Source: an uncultured Candidatus Binatia bacterium
GTDB taxonomy: Bacteria; Desulfobacterota; Binatia; Bin18
DNA length: 64,000 nucleotides
Direction: 5' to 3'
NCBI GenBank assembly: GCA_965200965.1
Contig: OZ241744.1
Location: forward strand, 64,001 to 128,000
This document shows, one piece after another, positions 56,920-64,000 of the stretch; positions within the stretch are counted from its first letter, which is position 1; each line of letters begins with the position of its first letter. Below the pieces are notes generated by a model that had not been told where the DNA came from, searched no databases, and was given only the letters and a program-made list of their open reading frames with translations. Position numbers and translations under genes: made by a program.

Positions 56920-58557
56920 TCAGTAGGCAAAACTCGCTGCCGAGACAAGCGGCAGAATGTCTTGCAGGGCCGCGTGCAAGGTCTGCCCGGCATCCACCGC
57001 GGCTTGGACACGCGCACGGCCGGCATCGTTCATGATGCTCTGGCCAAAGGGCTCAGGGATGGCGATGACGGCCGCTATGGCCTCACGCAGTGCGGCCCGG
57101 ACCCGCACATCCAGCTCGGGGTTTTGATTGGCGACAAAGTCCGTCACACCCATTGAGGTGCCGTCAGTCTGGTCAAAGCGGCCCTCGTAGATGTTGTTGA
57201 TACTGCGCAGATTGTCGATGAAGTCGCGCCTGGAATTATTGCTGAAGCGGGATTCTTCTTCTGCGGTACTGCGGTCGTTGAGCGGGACAGCCAGCTTGGT
57301 GTTGGCCACCTCGTCGGCAATACCGATCATGCCGTTGACCAGTTCCTGGACCGCGGCTTTTTGACTGGTGTAGTTCGTACTGCCTCTGCCAGCCATAGCC
57401 AACTGACGCACAAAGTTCCCGTCTTCAGGGTCCCAAGCGTTGCGGAGCGCACCGGTGTTGCCAACAAATGCGGTCAGCACCTCCTGCGCATAAGCGCTTC
57501 TGCGGGACTGGGTACCATCGGAGTTGAGCAGGGAGGCCACAATCGCGGTGGGGTCTGTCCTGCCGGCCTGATCCTGGAACAGCAGATATTCCAGGGCGTG
57601 GAAGCCTCTGGTGTCATCCTCAAGAGTCAGGCCAGCAATGTCAGTGTTAGAGGCGATGATGTTTTCCAGGTCGGTCGTATTGAGCGGCCAGGAGTCCAGG
57701 GCGGGGTCATGCTCGTCGGTATCGACCGGCCCGAACAGAAACGCCTCGCTCTGCTCCCAGGGAACGCGGGCCTCCCGCCAGGCGGTCTGGACGGTGGCCA
57801 GACGCGCAATCATGCTGGCCCGGTCTCCGGCCATCACGGCGTTGAGGACGGCTGACTGGAGATCCGCTGCCCGTGTATGCAGTGCGTCATAGGTATCAAA
57901 AATAGCCCCGGCCACATCCTCTAGCAGTTGTGAGGCGTCGTAGGGGGACCGCGCCGGCCCACGAGCATCCTGGGCGAGGGCAATGCCGAAGGCCTGGGCG
58001 GCTGTGCTATAGGCCAGGGTCAGTGTGGTGGTGACTGGGGTGGCCTGGTCTGCTTTGGGGGTGGCCTCGGCTCCGGTAATGACGATCGTGCCGTCATCTT
58101 CGTCTATGGTGACGGTAGCATCTTCGATGGACAGTGAGCCGAGAACCTCGGCATCCGCCGGCCGCACCACCGTGATACCGCTGTCCACCATCACCGGCTC
58201 CTCACCAGCAGCCCTGACCTCGACACCTATGGTGTGGACGCCTGAGGGTAAGACGCCGTAGTTCCACAACAGGCCGAAGCCGCTGTTGGGCGGGGCGGCT
58301 GGATAGGCGTTCTGCACATCCTGACGCGGCCCGCAGCACAGAATCTCGGTCTGGGTGGTTACACCATTGAGGCGCAGCCATACGCTGACCGGGGTATCCG
58401 GGGTATCGCTGAAGGCCCAGCCGGAAAGAGCGGTTATGCCGCTGGCCCTTGTCCCGTTGGCCGGGTTTTCCAGGTTGACCCGGATGGTTGCCAACGCGGG
58501 AAGAACGGTGAAGAGGAGGGAGATACAGAGTGTTCCAAAAACGATTGCCTTTTTCAT
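56920..58557 (-). CDS. Imelysin-family (M75-like) iron-regulated protein with extra N-terminal Ig-like domain
   Basis: WEQSEAFLFGP, DSWP, GFHALEYLLF (GxHxxE), DEVANTK, ESRFSNNS. Confidence 0.88.
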   Translation of the reverse strand: MKKAIVFGTLCISLLFTVLPALATIRVNLENPANGTRASGITALSGWAFSDTPDTPVSVWLRLNGVTTQTEILCCGPRQDVQNAYPAAPPNSGFGLLWNYGVLPSGVHTIGVEVRAAGEEPVMVDSGITVVRPADAEVLGSLSIEDATVTIDEDDGTIVITGAEATPKADQATPVTTTLTLAYSTAAQAFGIALAQDARGPARSPYDASQLLEDVAGAIFDTYDALHTRAADLQSAVLNAVMAGDRASMIARLATVQTAWREARVPWEQSEAFLFGPVDTDEHDPALDSWPLNTTDLENIIASNTDIAGLTLEDDTRGFHALEYLLFQDQAGRTDPTAIVASLLNSDGTQSRRSAYAQEVLTAFVGNTGALRNAWDPEDGNFVRQLAMAGRGSTNYTSQKAAVQELVNGMIGIADEVANTKLAVPLNDRSTAEEESRFSNNSRRDFIDNLRSINNIYEGRFDQTDGTSMGVTDFVANQNPELDVRVRAALREAIAAVIAIPEPFGQSIMNDAGRARVQAAVDAGQTLHAALQDILPLVSAASFAY

Positions 58558-58692
58558 ACAGTCTCCTTTTGCGACTTGCGCAGTGTTCTCACGCTTTATT
58601 CCAACTCCGCCGGGCGTGGAGGGGGGGGGTCCCGGGCGCAACGGAATACCCAGGACTCGGGGCGGGAGCGGGCGGGATGGATTGAGGCTGGT

Positions 58693-58908
58693 TCAGTGCT
58701 TTGTCTGGCCATGCTCACAGTTCTGGTGTTCAAGCAGATGTTGCTGGGTCGCCATGATGACCTCCGCAAGGTCGAGAAAATCCGTCCTGCGCAAAGAGAT
58801 ACAGGTGTGACCAACGCAGAGGGCCACGCTCCCGTGTGGACAGACCCGGGTAGAAAGCCCACGCTGGTTCATAAAAAGGACCGTGTTATCGTCCTGGATT
58901 TTTTCCAT
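58693..58908 (-). CDS. Small hypothetical protein (CPxG family), first gene of the imelysin operon
   Basis: AAGGAGG RBS; VCPHGSVALCVGHTCISLRRTDFLDLA; His-rich tail. Confidence 0.65.
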   Translation of the reverse strand: MEKIQDDNTVLFMNQRGLSTRVCPHGSVALCVGHTCISLRRTDFLDLAEVIMATQQHLLEHQNCEHGQTKH

Positions 58909-58937
58909 CTCTCCCTCCTCCTTATTAGGGGAACGGC

Positions 58938-58976
58938 AAAAAAAGAGCCCGCGAGAATTGTCTCTCCACGGGCTCT
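58938..58976 (-). terminator. Intrinsic terminator within the 5' leader (attenuator) of the imelysin operon
   Basis: AGAGCCCG...CGGGCTCT followed by a T run, about 30 nt upstream of the first ATG. Confidence 0.8.
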
Positions 58977-58997
58977 GGGTGCAGGACCGCTGGCCTC
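58970..58997 (-). promoter_or_regulatory. 28-nt leader motif, copy B
   Basis: GAGGCCAGCGGTCCTGCACCCAGAGCCC; its last 7 nt form the 5' arm of the terminator. Confidence 0.75.
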
Positions 58998-59092
58998 AAG
59001 TGCTCCGGCTGTGACAGCTGCGGATTATGGTGTCATGTTTGTGTCCTTTCTGACTCCCGGTGATTCCCTGTCGGTTCACGAGGGCAATGCTG

Positions 59093-59124
59093 ATTGAAAT
59101 TGAAAATGATTGTCAAGTTCATTT
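59093..59124. promoter_or_regulatory. Fur-like box between the divergent imelysin operon and ferritin-like gene
   Basis: attgaaattgaaaatgattgtcaagttcat resembles GATAATGATAATCATTATC-type arrays. Confidence 0.7.
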
Positions 59125-59235
59125 TATTCAATAAAATCAATAACTTAGAGCGAAAATTGACTTGACATTGAGCGCCAGAAGGGTTAGCCTGGGTACAGAT
59201 AGTTTTTCCACACCCTCCACAGAAAGGAGTTGACA

Positions 59236-59697
59236 ATGGACACACCTACAATGATTGACGCGCTGAACCGGGCCGTGGCTCTTGAGCACACCGCGGTCAT
59301 GCAGTACAAACAACACGCCCTGCTGGTCAGCGGCCTGTGGCGCAAGGAATACGAGGGCTTCTTTGGCGACCAGAGTGAGAGCGCCCTTGGCCATGCCCGG
59401 AAGTTCGGCCAGAAGATCGTTTCACTGGGCGGTATCCCGACGGTTGAGTTGGGCGCGCCGATTCGCCAGTCAACCGACCTCGAAGAGATGCTGAACCAGG
59501 ACCTGGAGTTGGAACGGGCCGCCCTGTACGCATACATGGAGGCCCACAGGCTGGCCGATGATAATCTGCCGCTGCGGGTCATGCTGGAGAACCAGGTTGA
59601 GGCTGAGCAGGAAGATATCGAAGGGCTGGAAATGGCTCTTGGCATGGTACAGACTTCCGGGCTTGAACGCGAAATCAATCTGCGCCGGGTCGGCTGA
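59236..59697 (+). CDS. Ferritin-like/bacterioferritin-related protein
   Basis: LNRAVALEHTAVMQY, IVSLGGIP, DLELERAA; AAGGAG RBS; TTGACA-17nt-TAGCCT promoter at 59162-59190. Confidence 0.8.
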   Translation: MDTPTMIDALNRAVALEHTAVMQYKQHALLVSGLWRKEYEGFFGDQSESALGHARKFGQKIVSLGGIPTVELGAPIRQSTDLEEMLNQDLELERAALYAYMEAHRLADDNLPLRVMLENQVEAEQEDIEGLEMALGMVQTSGLEREINLRRVG

Positions 59698-59715
59698 GCG
59701 CCAGACACACAGACC

Positions 59716-60090
59716 TCACGCCGTCTCAGCGGGTGGTTCAGCATTCCGGAAAGCCCGCTTGGACCGACTCCCGGCCCGGTCTTCGCCGAGTTGATGCTGT
59801 TGTCCTCCCCGCTCGTGCTGCCTGGTCGGAAAGGGGATGACCTTCCCGCTGGGCGCTTGGCGGCCTTCGCGCCAGGCACTTCGGTTCCTGCACACGCTAT
59901 GCAGCAGCGCTGTGGCTTCTGCCGGACTGAGCCGCAGGGTGTGTTGACGGTACCAGCCTACGCCCCTGCCCCAGGACAGGCGGCGCAACTCAAGCGCCGG
60001 TTTCCCCCCATCAGTCGGGCTGAGGAGGATTTCGAGCCGACTGTGCTTGTCATCCGCGGTGACTGTGCTCAGCAGTTGCTTGTGTGACAT
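59716..60090 (-). CDS. Hypothetical protein
   Basis: AAGGAG RBS; LELRRLSWGRGVGWYRQHTLRL; last gene of the porin-ApbE operon. Confidence 0.6.
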   Translation of the reverse strand: MSHKQLLSTVTADDKHSRLEILLSPTDGGKPALELRRLSWGRGVGWYRQHTLRLSPAEATALLHSVCRNRSAWREGRQAPSGKVIPFPTRQHERGGQQHQLGEDRAGSRSKRAFRNAEPPAETA

Positions 60091-60109
60091 TCTTCTCTCC
60101 TTGCCAGGC

Positions 60110-61105
60110 TTAAAACGAGACAAACGAGACCGCCCGTCGCCAGCCGGCGGTTTCCCACCGTCGCCCGTTTGTTTCCAGTAACATGCCTTCTACGTCGGAC
60201 AGACGCTCTAACAGCGCTGTCCCCTCTGATTCGCCGAGAATCAAAAATGCCGTGCTCAAGGCTTCGGCTTTGGCGGCGCTGGGGGCGACAATACAGGCCA
60301 GCAGATCGCGCTGAACAGGCCGTCCGTTGCGGGGATCAATGATATGGCCATGGGAGTGGCCTCCAACAGGAAAGCTGTGGCCCAGACTGCCTGAAACCGA
60401 AAGCGCCTGATTGCGCAGGGTGACGGTCCCCGCGCTTGCGCCGTTTGGCAGTCGGATGAGGAGCCGCCAGCCGTCTGCCTTGGGCGGTGCTCCCAAGGCC
60501 CACTGGCTGCTCTGGCCAAAATTGAGCAGGGCGTGCTCGACCCGCTGCGCCCTGAGCAGGGCGGCCATGCGGTCAAGGGCGAACCCCTTGCCAATGCCCC
60601 CGAGGTCCAGCGCCATGTCTGTGTCAGTCAGGGCAGCCGTGCCCTGTGGAGAGAGGACGATCTTGTGGCTGCCAACCCGGCTGAGGGTCTGTTGGACCGT
60701 ACCGGGGGAGGGCGGGCGGTGTGCGCTCTTCCATAAGGCCATGAGCGGACCGACGGTAATATCAAAGGTGCCGCGGGTCAGCTCCCAGTAGCGAATGGAG
60801 GCGGACAGCGCGTCCATGACCTCGGCGGGAACGGGCATTGGACCCTGACCGGCGGTGGCGTTGAGGCGGCTGACCGGGCTGTTGGGCGTATAGGTCGTCA
60901 ACAGCCGCTCCAGACGAGCAGCGGTCTCAAACAGGCTGTCGCTGCTGCGGCGGGTATGGGCGGGGTCGGCTCCGCACAGGGTGAGCTGCAAGACCGTGCC
61001 CATGATGTAGCGGCCGTCAATTACGCACGACAGCGGCAGGGCAGCGCTCGGCAGGCTCAGCAGGAGGACACAGCCGATGATGGGCAGGGACAGGCGTGGC
61101 GTCAT
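60110..61105 (-). CDS. apbE: FAD:protein FMN transferase
   Basis: IMGT, FDITVGPL, DLGGIGKGFA, HIIDPRNG. Confidence 0.9.
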   Translation of the reverse strand: MTPRLSLPIIGCVLLLSLPSAALPLSCVIDGRYIMGTVLQLTLCGADPAHTRRSSDSLFETAARLERLLTTYTPNSPVSRLNATAGQGPMPVPAEVMDALSASIRYWELTRGTFDITVGPLMALWKSAHRPPSPGTVQQTLSRVGSHKIVLSPQGTAALTDTDMALDLGGIGKGFALDRMAALLRAQRVEHALLNFGQSSQWALGAPPKADGWRLLIRLPNGASAGTVTLRNQALSVSGSLGHSFPVGGHSHGHIIDPRNGRPVQRDLLACIVAPSAAKAEALSTAFLILGESEGTALLERLSDVEGMLLETNGRRWETAGWRRAVSFVSF

Positions 61106-61683
61106 CCTCGTACTCGGCTCCTTCCAGACCGACTTCCGCCGTGGGCGGCTGTGTCGGGCGTCGGTCGGTGCCTCGCAGCCTGCCCGCGATCCTTGCCGTA
61201 CTGGGCTTGAGACCCGGCAAAAACGGCCCACAGGGCAACAACGATCAGCGCGGCAAGGCTGACTTCCAAGGCCACAAAGCCGGCAATTTTCAGATAGGCA
61301 AACAGCGGGTGGACAAAGCGCACTAGCCAGCCGCTGCCCTCGTCAAGCAGGGCGGCGGTAAACGGAATGATGATAAACCCGGCTTTGGTATTCGAGCTGA
61401 GCGGCACGAACAGCATGAGATGGGTCAGGGTCAGGAGAAGCAGCCCCATGGCAAACAAGTGAAAATGGGACACTTCCAGCATGCCCTGATAGCTGCGGGG
61501 CTGCAAAAAACGTTCTTCCGACCCCAGATAATACTCCGTCACCGAAACATAGCTCAGGTCCATCTTCTGGAAATACAGCAGGGCGTTGGTCAGCCACAGG
61601 CCGGCCACATAGATGACAAAGAGGACGATGATGAGCTGCAGCAGCCGGTTTTTGGACCACTCGCCGGTAATCACAAAACGCAC
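61102..61683 (-). CDS. Four-TM membrane protein with conserved-looking His residues (possible heme-b electron conduit)
   Basis: LEVSHFHLFAM, TLTHL, WLVRFVHP; lies between the FMN-binding gene and apbE. Confidence 0.65.
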   Translation of the reverse strand: MRFVITGEWSKNRLLQLIIVLFVIYVAGLWLTNALLYFQKMDLSYVSVTEYYLGSEERFLQPRSYQGMLEVSHFHLFAMGLLLLTLTHLMLFVPLSSNTKAGFIIIPFTAALLDEGSGWLVRFVHPLFAYLKIAGFVALEVSLAALIVVALWAVFAGSQAQYGKDRGQAARHRPTPDTAAHGGSRSGRSRVRG

Positions 61684-61684
61684 G

Positions 61685-62209
61685 CTAGTGTTGCTCCTGA
61701 ATCAAGACCTCAAAAAGGGCCAGGACTTTGCGCACGCCTTGGGTCGCGGCCTGGGCTGTCAGCGTGGAGCCCATGATGCCGTGGATATCGCGCCGCAGGC
61801 GTAACGAAGGCGTCAAGTGTTTCTGATCAAACTGCTCCAGCCACCGCTCTGAGGGCAGGTATTCGGCCGGCTCATAAAAGGCCAGGACCAGGAGTTTTTG
61901 CAGGGTACCGTCGGGTGACACCACTATCAGAAAGGTTTCCGGAAAGGTCCGCACAATATGGGTCTCAATAAAGGCGTAGCCCTGCACAACATCGGACGTA
62001 TGGCCGATGTGAAAGGTGGCCAGCTTGGAGTTGACCGCGGTCTGCGCCAGGGCCTCAACCCGCTCAATCTGCTGCGGGGTGAGAAAGAAGGTTTGCGTCT
62101 CAATGCGGTCGGCCGTGGGAAATGCCACCTGGAGTGCCTCTGCCCTGGAATAAAAAACCTGGGCCTCAATGCAGGTGGCACCACCCAGCAGCAGCACCAT
62201 GCACAGCAT
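61685..62209 (-). CDS. Periplasmic FMN-binding domain protein
   Basis: Signal peptide; AFYEPAEYLP..WLEQF; DIHGIMGSTLTA resembles the (S/T)GA(S/T) flavinylation motif. Confidence 0.75.
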   Translation of the reverse strand: MLCMVLLLGGATCIEAQVFYSRAEALQVAFPTADRIETQTFFLTPQQIERVEALAQTAVNSKLATFHIGHTSDVVQGYAFIETHIVRTFPETFLIVVSPDGTLQKLLVLAFYEPAEYLPSERWLEQFDQKHLTPSLRLRRDIHGIMGSTLTAQAATQGVRKVLALFEVLIQEQH

Positions 62210-62216
62210 GGACTGC

Positions 62217-63662
62217 CTAGAAAACAAAGCCCACGCCAAAGTTCACCTCGTCTTCGCGCTCGTGGCTGTTCTCCACCGTATCGAAGTTCCGATAGTCCAC
62301 CTTGAGCACGACATTGGGATGGGGTTTATAGCTGATGCCGGTGGTCCAGATGCGGTGCTCGTAGCGACCCTTGGCATCCCAGTCACCGGCCATCTCGGCG
62401 TGCTGGTCAATATAGGAGAAGCGCAAAAAGGGCGACAATTGCTGTTGGGTGTCGCCCAGGACCCACGGCATGATGTCGTAGGCCGCCTCTGTATAGAAGC
62501 CGTACATCTCCTTGGCGATCTTGCCGCCCCCCCCGATCCGGTTGAGTGTGTCCGAGTCCTCCAGATGGGACATGGCGAACAGCGCCCGCAGGTCCAGCCC
62601 TTGCCAACTGTACATGGCATGCAGGTCCCAGATGGTCAGGCGCGCGCCAGGCAGATTGACCTTGCCACAGCTCCCGTCTACGCACTCGAAGTACTGACTA
62701 TCGTGGCTTGACTTGCCAGTGTAGACCGAGCCGCCAACCTTGAGGTTCAGCATGGGTGTATAGTCCAGCCGCGCGGCAAGGGCGATGTCCTCGGCCATGG
62801 CTTCGCCGCCCTTCTGACGTGTGCTGCGCAAATGCTCCTTCAGGTTGAGCGAGGGGCTGGTCACGCAGTTGCCGTTCTCGTCTGGCATACACGAAGACGT
62901 GTTGCTCGTTGCGCCTTCAAGCGCATTCATGGCGTAGAGGCGATATTCCAGACCGGGCAGCAGTTCGCCGAACACCCCGATACCGTTCTCACGCCAAGTT
63001 GAGGGGATGATGCGCCGCTCGACCTCGGGTCGCTCCACCCCGTTGAAGAACACGGGTTCGTGCAACTCGTTGACGATACCCAGCGGGGCGAGCAACATGC
63101 CGGCGCGGAAGTTGGCCCACTTCCACATCAGGAAATCAATGTAGGCAAACTCGACCGAGACCGAGCCGCCGGTGCTGGTTGAGGCGTGCTCAAACTCCAA
63201 CTCGGCGTTCAGAATGATACGGTCGGTAAACTTATAGCCCGTGTAGAGCACAAAGCGCAGATAGTCGGTCGTGTCACGGTCGCTGCGCGTCTTATCACTC
63301 ACATCCTTGCGGTAAAAGGCCTCACCATAGCCGCCGATCGACAAGCCCCGCTCGACACCATAAATCTTGGAGGCCGCCGGTCCCAGGCCGTACACGCTGT
63401 CTTCCAGGGTCAGCGGCTCGAAGTCGGGCACGGTCAGGCTGGTGCGGAGGCTTTCAAACTCCTCGGCCAGCAGGCTGGTACGCCGGGCCGCTTCTTCTTG
63501 CTCTTTTTTCCGCTCTTCTTTGAGAGCGGTCAGTTCTTCCTGCATCTGTCGCATCTGCTGTTCAAGCTGTTGGATGCGGCCGTCATCGACCGCCTCGGCC
63601 AAACGGGAAGTCCCTGTTATGCACATGAGCGTCGCCAGGGCGACTGCCAACTTTCGTACCAT
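62217..63662 (-). CDS. Outer-membrane beta-barrel porin with N-terminal coiled coil
   Basis: Signal peptide, coiled coil, IGGYGE, ELEFEH, HEPVFFNGVERP, IIPSTWRE, C-terminal GVGFVF. Confidence 0.8.
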   Translation of the reverse strand: MVRKLAVALATLMCITGTSRLAEAVDDGRIQQLEQQMRQMQEELTALKEERKKEQEEAARRTSLLAEEFESLRTSLTVPDFEPLTLEDSVYGLGPAASKIYGVERGLSIGGYGEAFYRKDVSDKTRSDRDTTDYLRFVLYTGYKFTDRIILNAELEFEHASTSTGGSVSVEFAYIDFLMWKWANFRAGMLLAPLGIVNELHEPVFFNGVERPEVERRIIPSTWRENGIGVFGELLPGLEYRLYAMNALEGATSNTSSCMPDENGNCVTSPSLNLKEHLRSTRQKGGEAMAEDIALAARLDYTPMLNLKVGGSVYTGKSSHDSQYFECVDGSCGKVNLPGARLTIWDLHAMYSWQGLDLRALFAMSHLEDSDTLNRIGGGGKIAKEMYGFYTEAAYDIMPWVLGDTQQQLSPFLRFSYIDQHAEMAGDWDAKGRYEHRIWTTGISYKPHPNVVLKVDYRNFDTVENSHEREDEVNFGVGFVF

Positions 63663-63699
63663 GCTCAAAACTCCTTCGGGTATGAGGTTCATCACAACA

Positions 63700-63727
63700 G
63701 GGCTCTGGGTTTGGTACCGCTGGCCTC
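63700..63727 (-). promoter_or_regulatory. 28-nt leader motif, copy A
   Basis: GAGGCCAGCGGTACCAAACCCAGAGCCC, between the com-like stop and the porin RBS. Confidence 0.75.
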
Positions 63728-63758
63728 TCGCACATCGATTCCATCATTCGCAGTCGGC

Positions 63759-63965
63759 TCAGTTTCCTCCTTTCTGGTCTGCTTGCCACTCAAGGGCCAC
63801 GTCATGCCACAGAGAGGCCGCGGTCCACGGAATGAGCACGATCCGTTTACAGCGTCGACATTTGAGTTCTACGCCGTTTGGACGCAGTCGCGCCAACAGA
63901 TTCCCGCAGCCGCAGCGGCTCTCTTGGGCATGGGTTGACAGGGAAGATGTCGCTTGGATTCCCAT
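63759..63965 (-). CDS. Mu Com-like zinc-ribbon protein
   Basis: ESRCGCGNLLAR...GVELKCRRCKR matches the Com-family pattern RCxxCxxLLA...EIKCxRC. Confidence 0.75.
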   Translation of the reverse strand: MGIQATSSLSTHAQESRCGCGNLLARLRPNGVELKCRRCKRIVLIPWTAASLWHDVALEWQADQKGGN

Positions 63966-63971
63966 AGACGA

Positions 63972-63992
63972 AATTGAAAATCATTTTCAATT
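63972..63992. promoter_or_regulatory. Fur-like box upstream of the com-like gene
   Basis: Perfect 10-1-10 palindrome aattgaaaat-c-attttcaatt. Confidence 0.8.
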
Positions 63993-64000
63993 ATATTTGT

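Overview
This is a 64 kb GC-rich bacterial chromosomal segment. The gene repertoire suggests a deltaproteobacterial-type organism, possibly host-associated, but that is inference. It has four blocks. (1) 1-14.6 kb is a surface-glycan locus: a partly duplicated small protein/NoeA-like methyltransferase/sulfatase-fold transferase module (one copy broken at a G12 tract), GT4, GT2, a priming sugar transferase, an O-antigen ligase-like protein and a heterodimeric ABC exporter. (2) 14.6-24.7 kb holds small genes, a DCC-family thiol-disulfide oxidoreductase with an in-frame TGA in its CxxC motif plus a SECIS-like hairpin (candidate selenoprotein), a tandem array of accessory cassettes separated by copies of the DCC 3' end, and a type IIG-like restriction-modification gene. 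(3) 24.7-42.1 kb is housekeeping: trmL, dtd, lgt, TlpA, ctpA, xseAB, ispA, tlyA, tenA, a PyrR-type leader, pyrC, carAB and recG, with a small HNH islet. (4) 42.2-64 kb is an iron island: a TonB2/Ttp-type energiser, a HesB-like gene, feoAB, glnII, an IsdG-like monooxygenase, imelysin plus di-heme oxidoreductase, a ferritin-like protein, an ApbE/FMN-binding/porin cluster and a Mu Com-like zinc-ribbon gene, with five Fur-like boxes. The main discovery candidate is a conserved 28-nt strand-specific leader motif, present four times downstream of Fur-like boxes or the com-like gene. In each case it overlaps a terminator-like, Shine-Dalgarno-occluding or other hairpin, which suggests a Fur -> Com-like RNA-binding protein cascade controlling iron-uptake genes. 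All calls come from reading the sequence by eye; no database searches were run.
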